A DNA stretch of 64,000 nt, from NCBI GenBank assembly GCA_965231055.1, contig OZ246411.1, positions 473,875 to 537,874 on the forward strand. The letters run 5' to 3'. The DNA comes from an uncultured Candidatus Saccharibacteria bacterium. GTDB taxonomy: Bacteria > Patescibacteriota > CALEFQ01 > G965231055. Each line of letters starts with the position of its first letter. Positions within the stretch are counted from its first letter, which is position 1. This document shows, one piece after another, positions 56,541 to 64,000 of this stretch. The notes under the pieces are model-generated. The model saw only the letters and a program-made list of their open reading frames with translations. It was not told the origin of the DNA and searched no databases. The position numbers and the translations under genes were made by a program.

Positions 56541-57567
56541 TAAACTTGCTAAGTCTGTCATGATTTTTTGCATAACCATCGTGGCTGGATTTTTTATGTG
56601 GTATTTCTGGAAAAATGTAATTTTTCTAAATGTTGCTAATTTTACAGGTGGAAGTATCTGGAAAATAATTCTTTCTATGTCTCCTAGTGTGATTATGTTT
56701 TGCCTTCTTTTTGCGATGTTTGGGATTTTGGCAGCCATTATTAGATCAAAGTTGTTTATGGCTATTTCTGCAGTGGTAACTGGTTCATTCATTTTCATAT
56801 TTTTTGGATTCGACATGTTTTCTTTTGTAGCTTTTTTGCTTTTTGTTTTAGCGAGTATTCTCTATATGGTGGGTGTTGCAAGAGAATCAGCTCTCAGGAT
56901 TCAGTTTCTAATTAGCAAGATTGTAGTGAGGGGGCTAGCCATGTTGATATTTGTTTTTATTCTTACATCTTCTCTTTTGTTTTTTAGCCAAATAAAAAAC
57001 TCTCAGAGTGAATTCTTGGTTCCGGACAATGTTTTGAACGCAGGTTATATGTTGGCTGAGGGTATACTTAAAACTAGAATAGAAAATTACAATTCAGATA
57101 TGTCGGTGGATGAATTTCTTTTACTTTCATTGGTTGAAGAAAACAAACTAATAAAAGGACAATCTTCCGTGACCAATGAGCTTACCAAATATAAAAATTC
57201 TGAGGGCAGACTTGATGTTGAGGGTTTTCTCTCTTCTTTGCCTTATGAAACGCGAGAGCTTTTTGATAGTTCTAAAAAAGAGTTTTATCGAGGGCTTGGT
57301 ATTGATAATGATTTGAATTCTGATTTGACGATGAAAGGTCTTATTAAAGAAGTTATGAATCAAATGATCTCTGGTTTTGTGGGTGAAAACAAGTTTTTGA
57401 CTTCGGTATTGCTTTCGGTGCTTTTCTTCGTGGGACTTGAAATTTTTAATCCTTTGTTCTATTTTATTACTTTGTTGATCGCTTTGCTGGTTTATGAGAT
57501 ACTCAGGGCTACTAAATTCATAAATATGAGCACTGAAAAGGTAGATGTTGATAGAATTGAATTGTGA
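56527..57567 (+). CDS. Hypothetical integral membrane protein
   Basis: Polytopic ORF. The tracked start 56494 is trimmed to the ATG at 56527, which overlaps the ogg stop by 14 nt. Confidence 0.5.
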   Translation: MEKNSKLAKSVMIFCITIVAGFFMWYFWKNVIFLNVANFTGGSIWKIILSMSPSVIMFCLLFAMFGILAAIIRSKLFMAISAVVTGSFIFIFFGFDMFSFVAFLLFVLASILYMVGVARESALRIQFLISKIVVRGLAMLIFVFILTSSLLFFSQIKNSQSEFLVPDNVLNAGYMLAEGILKTRIENYNSDMSVDEFLLLSLVEENKLIKGQSSVTNELTKYKNSEGRLDVEGFLSSLPYETRELFDSSKKEFYRGLGIDNDLNSDLTMKGLIKEVMNQMISGFVGENKFLTSVLLSVLFFVGLEIFNPLFYFITLLIALLVYEILRATKFINMSTEKVDVDRIEL

Positions 57568-57727
57568 TCAAGGTCCAGCGATCAGTATTTAGTTTTCAAC
57601 TGATTAATCTTGTCACCATTCGTTATTGATCGGTACTTCATCTTTCATTATTTTGCAGATGAAACTGAACGCTGAATACCGACTACTGAAACCTTATTGT
57701 GCTTATCACTTAAAGCTTATTGCTTAG

Positions 57728-58867
57728 ATGTCCAAAGATTACTATAAAATTCTTGGAGTAGATAAAGAGGCAGATGATGCCTCGATTAAGCGTGCCTATA
57801 GAAAACTTGCCCATAAACACCATCCAGATAAAAACAATGGCAATGCTGAAAAATTCAAAGAGATAAACGAAGCATATCAGGTGCTTTCAGATAAACAGAA
57901 AAGAAGTCAGTATGATCAGTTCGGTCAAACTTTCGATGGTTCATCTGGATCTGCGGGAGGACAGGGATTTCAGGGATTTAGCGGATTTGGTGGGCAAGGT
58001 ATGAATTTTGATTTTGGCGATCTCGGGGATATTTTTGGAGATGTTTTTGGTGGCAGGGGTAGATCAAAAACAGGACCAATTCGCGGAAGCGATCTTCAAA
58101 TGGAATTGGTTATAGATTTTGATAAATCTGTTTTCGGGGGAGAGGATGTAATAGAACTATATAGAAGTGTGCAGTGTCCCAAGTGCAAGGGCGAAGGCGT
58201 GGAGCCAGGATATAAAATAAATACTTGTGAAACTTGCGGAGGTGTTGGACAAGTCAAAAGACAATCTCAAACTATGTTTGGGGTATTTTCTCAGGTTACC
58301 ACTTGTCCCAAGTGTAATGGAACTGGAAAAATTCCTGAAAAGCCATGTTCAAGATGTGGTGGGGATGGAATAAGCAAAGAATCTGAGAATATAAAAATAA
58401 AAATACCTGCAGGTATAGACGATGGAGAAACCATAAAACTTTCCAAAAAAGGAGAAGCCGGCAGGAGAGGTGGAGAATACGGAGATTTGTATATTAGAAT
58501 CAGAGTAAACCCAAGCAAGGATTTTGTAAGAAAGGGTTATGACATCATATCTGAAATTCCACTTAGTTTTACAGAGGCAGCATTGGGATCAAATGTTTTG
58601 GTGAAAACCATTGATGGAGATGTGATTTTGAAAATTCCCTCAGGAACTCAAACTGGAAAAGTTTTTATACTTAAGAGCAGGGGGGTTACTAGACTTGGTA
58701 GATCAGGTAGGGGAGATCATTTGGTGAAGGTCACAGTAGTTACTCCCAAAAAACTTAGTCAAAAAGAGAAAAAACTTTTTACGGAGCTTTCATTTATAAA
58801 AGGCCAAGCCACCGAGGTTTCAAAGGGATTCTTTGATAAGATAAAAGAAAAATTGCGAAAAGAGTAA
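57728..58867 (+). CDS. dnaJ: Molecular chaperone DnaJ
   Basis: J-domain with HPD ([13 protein letters not shown]), a G/F-rich region, and four CxxCxGxG zinc-finger repeats. Confidence 0.93.
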   Translation: MSKDYYKILGVDKEADDASIKRAYRKLAHKHHPDKNNGNAEKFKEINEAYQVLSDKQKRSQYDQFGQTFDGSSGSAGGQGFQGFSGFGGQGMNFDFGDLGDIFGDVFGGRGRSKTGPIRGSDLQMELVIDFDKSVFGGEDVIELYRSVQCPKCKGEGVEPGYKINTCETCGGVGQVKRQSQTMFGVFSQVTTCPKCNGTGKIPEKPCSRCGGDGISKESENIKIKIPAGIDDGETIKLSKKGEAGRRGGEYGDLYIRIRVNPSKDFVRKGYDIISEIPLSFTEAALGSNVLVKTIDGDVILKIPSGTQTGKVFILKSRGVTRLGRSGRGDHLVKVTVVTPKKLSQKEKKLFTELSFIKGQATEVSKGFFDKIKEKLRKE

Positions 58868-58913
58868 TAGAGTGGTAAAATAATTTATCATCTAAAACAT
58901 AAAATAAAAACAA

Positions 58914-59453
58914 ATGGACATCTCTAGTCTTGTCGCTACTTTACATTTAGGTCAAATTCAAGCCAACTGGACTACGTTTACATTCTTGTTCTTTTTGGTG
59001 ATATTGTTTTTCTATTTTGGTATGAATTTGGGGAGGATTGCTACCACCGTTATGTCAGTTTATATTTCTTTGGCCATAGTAAATTCCATAGACTATTTTA
59101 GAGCTGACGGTCCTTTGTTTGGAGTAAATGGTATTTTCGCTTTCAAGCTCGCTTCTTTTATTTTTATTATCGTAGTTGTTTTGCTCCTGGTGTCTCGAGT
59201 TGCTGTGAAGTCTATTTTGGATATAAACAAGCCAGGCAATTTCTTTGAGCGCTTGGTCTTTGCGATTCTTGCTTCGGGAATGCTAACTACAGCTATCGTT
59301 TCTTTTCTTCCTGATAATCTAGTTTCCAAGCTTTCTCCACTTGCGGTGAATTTATTTTCTTCAAATCTCGCCTTATTCTTGTGGTTGATAGTACCTCTTT
59401 TTGCGATGCTATTGGTGAAGAACGATGATATGGGGGACGATAAGGGGGGATAG
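58914..59453 (+). CDS. Hypothetical integral membrane protein
   Basis: 179-aa ORF with about 4 TM helices. Confidence 0.5.
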   Translation: MDISSLVATLHLGQIQANWTTFTFLFFLVILFFYFGMNLGRIATTVMSVYISLAIVNSIDYFRADGPLFGVNGIFAFKLASFIFIIVVVLLLVSRVAVKSILDINKPGNFFERLVFAILASGMLTTAIVSFLPDNLVSKLSPLAVNLFSSNLALFLWLIVPLFAMLLVKNDDMGDDKGG

Positions 59454-59526
59454 ACTTGAAAAGTTTTTATTGTTGTGTATAATGGGGCAGTCTTGGCTAT
59501 CCAAGACTATTTTATATGTGTTATGC

Positions 59527-59602
59527 GGGTGCATAGCTCAGCCGGTAGAGCAGCTCCCTTTTAAGGAGAAGGTCGGGGGTCCGAATCCCTCTGCACCCAC
59601 CA
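59527..59602 (+). tRNA. tRNA-Lys (anticodon TTT)
   Basis: Acceptor GGGTGCA/TGCACCC, anticodon loop CTTTTAA, T-arm GGGGGTCCGAATCCCTC, CCA encoded. Confidence 0.75.
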
Positions 59603-59653
59603 AAATAGAAAAGCTTGTTTAAAATTCAGAAGCAAAGGACTAAGTATCAAGCG

Positions 59654-59697
59654 TGGTCCGAACTTGCTTGCGCAAGCAAGTCCCTCTGCACCCACCA
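59654..59697 (+). repeat. Duplicate of the tRNA-Lys 3' end (GGTCCGAA...TCCCTCTGCACCCACCA), with the 18-bp palindrome CTTGCTTGCGCAAGCAAG (59663-59680) inserted in the T-loop
   Basis: Direct comparison with 59574-59602. It lies 52 nt downstream of the intact tRNA. Confidence 0.75.
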
Positions 59698-59857
59698 CTA
59701 CTAGATATTAGGTTTTAGTGATTAGAGGAATTAGAGGTTTTAGATCTTACGAATTTGATTCAAAATAAAATATCTGAAACAAGAGCTAAGACATCTAATA
59801 CTTCTAGATCTTCTAACACCTGAAACCTATAACCTAACACCTAGCGCCACCTCGTAA

Positions 59858-59934
59858 GGGCCTGTAGCTCAGTTGGCTAGAGCGTTCCCATGGCATGGGA
59901 AAGGTCAAGGGTTCAACTCCCTTCAGGTCCACCA
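59858..59934 (+). tRNA. tRNA-Ala (anticodon GGC)
   Basis: Acceptor GGGCCTG/CAGGTCC with the G3-U70 wobble identity element, anticodon stem TTCCC/GGGAA, loop ATGGCAT, T-arm GGTTCAACTCC, CCA encoded. Confidence 0.78.
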
Positions 59935-60045
59935 ACGAAGTAATAAGCTTTGAACTATCTATTATAAAACAGCTGTTAGGCTGTTTTTTTGTTATCCAAA
60001 ACCCAATTTTGTGTTATTATAATTGAATACATTCTATAAAAAATA

Positions 60046-62769
60046 TTGATGAAAGATAACGCGCATTGGTATCAAGAAAGCATCGCAGATACTTTTTCTT
60101 CGCTTAACTCAAATAAAAAAGGCCTAAGTAGTGAAGAGGCCATTTTACGTTTAAAAAAATATGGAGAAAATAAACTGCCAGAAGGGAAGGCAAAAAGTAT
60201 TTTTTCTATTTTCTTCTCTCAATTCACGAGTCCACTTATTTATATATTGCTCATAGCTAGCGTAGTTATATATCTAATTGAAGATCCTGTTGATGCGTAT
60301 GTGATTTTAGGTGTTCTGATTTTTAATGCGATCATCGGTACTATTCAAGAAGGAAGAGCTCAAAATACTCTCAATGCTCTAAAAAGTTTTGTAAAAACAA
60401 AAGCAACGGTTCTCAGAGACGGCAAGGAGCAAATACTAAATGACAAAGATGTGGTACCTGGAGATGTTTTGGTGCTTCAAGAAGGTGAGAAAGTCCCAGC
60501 AGATGCTAGGATTATTTTTTCATCAAACTTAGCCATTGAGGAAGCAGCACTTACAGGAGAGTCAAAACCAGTACATAAAATCTCAGAGACTATCACTAAA
60601 AAAGATACAAATATTGCGGAGCAAAAAAATATGGTTTTCAAGGGAACTTATGTGATTTCTGGAAATGGAATGGCAGTTGTCGTAGCTACTGGGGAGACAA
60701 CTTTTATCGGTAAGATTTCAAAAGAGGTTGCGGGCGTCGATACAGAAATACCTTTGAAAAAGAATATAAGATATTTTTCCAAATTGGTTATTTACGCCGT
60801 TGCCGTGGTCGGTGTACTAATGATGGTTTTTGGTGTTTTTGCTGGTAAACCGCTTGCTGATATTTTTGCTACAGTAGTTTCTTTGGCGGTCTCGGTAATT
60901 CCAGAGGGACTTCCTATTGTATTGACTTTGGTTTTGGCATCAGGTGTTTGGAGAATGTCCAAGCGCAATGCATTGGTTAAAAAACTTCAGGCTGTAGAGG
61001 CACTTGGTCAGGCTCGAGTTATCGCAGTTGATAAAACCGGAACACTCACCAAAAACGAAATGGTGGTAACTGAGATTTATGTCGGTGATAATTTGTACGA
61101 AGTCAGTGGGGTTGGATATAAACCAGAAGGTTTAGTATCTCTAAATAATATAAAGATAAATCCCGTAGATTCAAAAGATCTCATTCTAGCTGGGCAAATT
61201 TCTGCTCTCTGTTCAAGTTCAAGGGTGATGTTTTCAAGCGAAGAAAAAGTTTGGAAAGTTGCTGGTGATCCCACGGATGCGGCGATGCTCGTTTTTGCTA
61301 AAAAGCTTGGATTGTATAAAGAAAAACTTGAATCAGATTTTAAACTTACTGGGGAATTACCATTTGACTATAAACTCAAATATCACGCTATCTCTTGTGA
61401 GCACAAAGGAGAGGGAAGATTGTTTGTTGTCGGTGCGCCTGAGGTAATATTGGATTTGTCCAAAAATATTATTAGAAATGGAAAATCAGTTGTCCTTGAT
61501 AAAAAAGAAAAACAACTTCTTGATTCAAAATTTTCTTCCATGCTTGCTTCTGGGTTAAGAGTAGTTGCGATTGCGGAAAAATCTGGAGAAACAAATTATG
61601 ATTTTGAAAAAATTAGCGAACTTAATTTTGTGGGATTTTTGGGTATGAAAGATGCTTTGCGACAAGAAGTGGCGCCAGCCATGAAAAAAGCCAAAGAAGC
61701 AGGAATAAAGGTGGTGATGATTACTGGAGATCATAAATTGACCGCCCAGTCTATAGCGAAAGAGGCAGGTATTTTTAACTTTGGGGATCTGATTTTGTCT
61801 GGTGATGACGTTGATTTGATGACTCAAAAAGAGCTTTCAAGCAAGCTCGGAAAAACTTCTGTTTTTGCTAGAGTTACTCCCGAGCATAAACTTAAAATCA
61901 TAAAAGCATATAGAGCTCGAGGAGAAATTATTGCCATGACGGGGGACGGTGTTAATGATGCGCCATCTCTTGTGGCCGCTGATTTGGGAGTTAGTATGGG
62001 TAGGATAGGCACAGAAGTTGCGAAGGAAGCATCCGACATAGTTTTATTGGATGATGATTTTGGAAGCATCGTTTCAGCGGTGGAAGAGGGTAGAAATATA
62101 TACAAAACTATAAAAAAAGTTATCTTGTATTTAGTCTCCACTGGTATTGGAGAAGCGCTCATGATTTCATCTGCGCTATTTCTTGGATACCCTATTCCTC
62201 TATTTCCCGTTCAGATTATTTGGCTCAACTTTGTGACTGATGGATTTTTGGATATTTCTCTTGCGATGGAGCCCAAAGAAGAGGGTATGTTGAAATCAAA
62301 ATTTGAAAAACCCAAAAAATATCTTATCGATAAACTCATGTCTGGTAGAATTATTTTGATGGCACTTACCATGGTTATCGGAACATTTTTACTTTTTAGG
62401 CAATATCTAGATTATGATATTATCAAATCAAGTACGATTTCGCTCACAACCCTTGCGGTGTTCCAGTGGTTCAATGCTTGGAATTGTCGCCATGAAACCA
62501 AGTCAATTTTTCAGATGAATCCTTTTTCAAATAAATTCTTGGTGGGAGCCACTGCTATAGTTATTGCTCTTCAAATACTTGTTGTGTATAATCCAGTGAT
62601 GCAAAATCTTTTTAGAACAACGTCGCTAACTTTTAGAGAGTGGATGATGATATTGCCAATAGCTTTTTCTATAATTATTGTGGAAGAAATACGAAAAGCT
62701 ATTGCTAGAAGTAAAAACAAAAAATCCAAAGGCGTATTACTTGGTATCGAACCAGTATTAAATAAATAA
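60046..62769 (+). CDS. P-type cation-transporting ATPase (P2-type, Ca2+-ATPase-like)
   Basis: DKTGTLT phosphorylation site, TGES actuator motif, MITGDHKLTA, and the GDGVNDAPSL hinge. About 10 TM helices. Confidence 0.9.
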   Translation: MMKDNAHWYQESIADTFSSLNSNKKGLSSEEAILRLKKYGENKLPEGKAKSIFSIFFSQFTSPLIYILLIASVVIYLIEDPVDAYVILGVLIFNAIIGTIQEGRAQNTLNALKSFVKTKATVLRDGKEQILNDKDVVPGDVLVLQEGEKVPADARIIFSSNLAIEEAALTGESKPVHKISETITKKDTNIAEQKNMVFKGTYVISGNGMAVVVATGETTFIGKISKEVAGVDTEIPLKKNIRYFSKLVIYAVAVVGVLMMVFGVFAGKPLADIFATVVSLAVSVIPEGLPIVLTLVLASGVWRMSKRNALVKKLQAVEALGQARVIAVDKTGTLTKNEMVVTEIYVGDNLYEVSGVGYKPEGLVSLNNIKINPVDSKDLILAGQISALCSSSRVMFSSEEKVWKVAGDPTDAAMLVFAKKLGLYKEKLESDFKLTGELPFDYKLKYHAISCEHKGEGRLFVVGAPEVILDLSKNIIRNGKSVVLDKKEKQLLDSKFSSMLASGLRVVAIAEKSGETNYDFEKISELNFVGFLGMKDALRQEVAPAMKKAKEAGIKVVMITGDHKLTAQSIAKEAGIFNFGDLILSGDDVDLMTQKELSSKLGKTSVFARVTPEHKLKIIKAYRARGEIIAMTGDGVNDAPSLVAADLGVSMGRIGTEVAKEASDIVLLDDDFGSIVSAVEEGRNIYKTIKKVILYLVSTGIGEALMISSALFLGYPIPLFPVQIIWLNFVTDGFLDISLAMEPKEEGMLKSKFEKPKKYLIDKLMSGRIILMALTMVIGTFLLFRQYLDYDIIKSSTISLTTLAVFQWFNAWNCRHETKSIFQMNPFSNKFLVGATAIVIALQILVVYNPVMQNLFRTTSLTFREWMMILPIAFSIIIVEEIRKAIARSKNKKSKGVLLGIEPVLNK

Positions 62770-62772
62770 ATT

Positions 62773-63096
62773 ATGCATATATTTTTGGAAGGAAAAACGG
62801 GGATTAGAGAGTCTGAACTTGTGCGCAAGTTCGGATATCATTTTTATACAGATCCTTTTACTGGCGGTAGGGCTTATGTCAGAAGACTTCGAGAGGGGAG
62901 CCGATATCCTAGATTTCATCTAAGTATCCATCCGATGGTAAAAAATGGTGCTTCGGGTGCTCTTGTGGATATTCACTATGATTGGAGAAAGCCTCTTCAT
63001 AAAAAATTCGCCAATAGTTCAGAAGATGAGGGTGATATTGTGAGCGCAGAAATGGAAAGAGTGAAAAAAGTTTGGGATGGTTTGGTCTTGGCTTGA
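62773..63096 (+). CDS. Hypothetical protein
   Basis: 107-aa ORF immediately downstream of the ATPase. No recognisable motif. Confidence 0.4.
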   Translation: MHIFLEGKTGIRESELVRKFGYHFYTDPFTGGRAYVRRLREGSRYPRFHLSIHPMVKNGASGALVDIHYDWRKPLHKKFANSSEDEGDIVSAEMERVKKVWDGLVLA

Positions 63097-63151
63097 TTTT
63101 ATTTAGCTTTATGATAGTTTGTTTTTTAGTTACTTGTTCATTTAACTATCA

Positions 63152-63601
63152 ATGAAAGAGAGGTTTATCATGTTTGGACACTATGAGATATTAAGAGACG
63201 CCGTGCAGAAAATTTTTGGAGGAGATTCTGGTGGTAAGGTGTTCGAAAAAGGTATTGCTTGGATTTCTGAAATGCCACTTTTTGTAGCAGATTCTAAAAC
63301 AATCATTGGGTTTAACGGTAGTTTTCTTGTTGTGCTGTTTATTTCGGAACCCATTTTGCTGAATACTCAAACCGAAAATATTACTCAAGTCGCCGAGTAT
63401 CCAATTCATAATCTTTGCTCCACCGTTGAAGATTTCCGGAATAAGATTGCGAGACTAAAACGATTGCTTTCCGGAGTTCATTCGACTAAGATGGAGTTGC
63501 TCAAGGATTTCAGATTTCAGATTCGTGTAAGCTTGTTTGTTGCTGGTCCAGAAAATTTCCTCGATACATTGCGGGGCATTTGCACAGCCGTGTTGAATTA
63601 A
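63152..63601 (+). CDS. Hypothetical protein
   Basis: 149-aa ORF followed by a terminator. No recognisable motif. Confidence 0.4.
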   Translation: MKERFIMFGHYEILRDAVQKIFGGDSGGKVFEKGIAWISEMPLFVADSKTIIGFNGSFLVVLFISEPILLNTQTENITQVAEYPIHNLCSTVEDFRNKIARLKRLLSGVHSTKMELLKDFRFQIRVSLFVAGPENFLDTLRGICTAVLN

Positions 63602-63619
63602 TCATTGATGTTTCTTGGA

Positions 63620-63649
63620 GGGGGCGATAACCGCATTGCCCCTTTTTTT
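63620..63649 (+). terminator. Rho-independent terminator
   Basis: GGGGC-GATAACCGCATT-GCCCC followed by TTTTTTT. Confidence 0.65.
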
Positions 63650-63787
63650 ATTTCGGGTTTTGGTTTATAATATACGAGTGGTATTAGTGGGGTTAGAGGT
63701 ATTAGAAGTGTTAGATTTCTAGTAGTTTTTTTGTTAATACTTTCTTCTATTTCCTCTGATACTTCTAAATCATCTAATTCCCCTAAA

Positions 63788-64000
63788 ATGAAAACTAGTC
63801 AGCGAACACATACTTGCGGTGAAATTACACTAAAAAACAAAGGCGAATCTGTTAAGCTTTGTGGTTGGATAAATTCAAGAAGAGACCATGGCGGGCTCAT
63901 ATTTTTTGATATACGAGATCGCTACGGACTCACTCAAGTTGTCTTTGATCCAAACGAGAGTGCCGAGGCATTTAAAATAGCAGAAACTTGCAGGTCAGAA
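63788..64000 (+). CDS. aspS: Aspartyl-tRNA synthetase N-terminal anticodon-binding domain. Partial: it runs off the window end.
   Basis: Hand translation gives [55 protein letters not shown], which matches the AspRS N-terminus (RTHYCGEL...GWV.RRRD.GGLIF.DLRDR.G..QVV). Confidence 0.8.
   Translation, partial: MKTSQRTHTCGEITLKNKGESVKLCGWINSRRDHGGLIFFDIRDRYGLTQVVFDPNESAEAFKIAETCRSE

Noticed and set aside
59425-59622. Tracked 65-aa ORF at 59425..59622(+)
   Set aside because: It runs straight through tRNA-Lys.
1-64000. Transposases, integrases, rRNA genes and restriction-modification systems
   Set aside because: None of the ORFs shows DDE, tyrosine-recombinase or serine-recombinase motifs, DNA-methyltransferase motifs (DPPY/PCQ) or rRNA-like sequence. 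They are absent from this window.

Overview
This is an AT-rich bacterial window of roughly 38% GC with dense, short-intergenic, mostly co-directional housekeeping genes. The lysine-rich proteins, a short EF-Ts and a compact division-cell-wall (dcw) cluster suggest a small-genome Patescibacteria/CPR-like lineage. That lineage call is inference only.

Recognisable core content:
- dnaE 5' end (partial, minus strand, GTG start).
- SEDS-family FtsW/RodA, bL25, prmC-prfA, bL31, rpsB-tsf and a PSP1/RicT protein.
- A tRNA cluster (Thr-Tyr-Val-Thr, then rpmG, then Trp-Ser), plus tRNA-Glu, tRNA-Lys and tRNA-Ala elsewhere.
- trxB, an isoprenoid block (polyprenyl synthase, ispH, ispG, uppS), a ManC-like gene paired with a Nudix gene, mltG, and rplJ (with leader) followed by rplL.
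- lexA-dinB, then mraZ, an ftsL-like gene, ftsI and murF.
- hrcA (with a perfect CIRCE operator), grpE and dnaK, with dnaJ unlinked about 9 kb away.
- An OGG1-type glycosylase, a P-type Ca2+-ATPase and the aspS 5' end.

The most unusual region is an accessory island of about 8 kb (36155-44230) immediately downstream of tRNA-Glu. It encodes a Nudix protein, an overlapping pair of unknown proteins, a GrpB nucleotidyltransferase-fold protein, a fusion of an endonuclease/exonuclease/phosphatase (EEP) domain with a SAM methyltransferase, and an operon of a radical-SAM SPASM/twitch enzyme, a CMP-kinase-like P-loop protein, a CapA-type metallophosphoesterase and a thioredoxin.

Other notable signals:
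- An 18-bp perfect GC-rich palindrome (CTTGCTTGCGCAAGCAAG) occurs three times. Two copies lie inside duplicated tRNA 3'-end fragments.
- Several families of intergenic inverted or direct repeats recur across the window.
- A compositionally atypical GC-rich ORF follows rplL.
- A tandem zinc-ribbon protein is encoded on the minus strand.
- A three-gene cluster resembling a 2-hydroxyacyl-CoA dehydratase with its activase is present.

No CRISPR array, rRNA gene or transposase was found.
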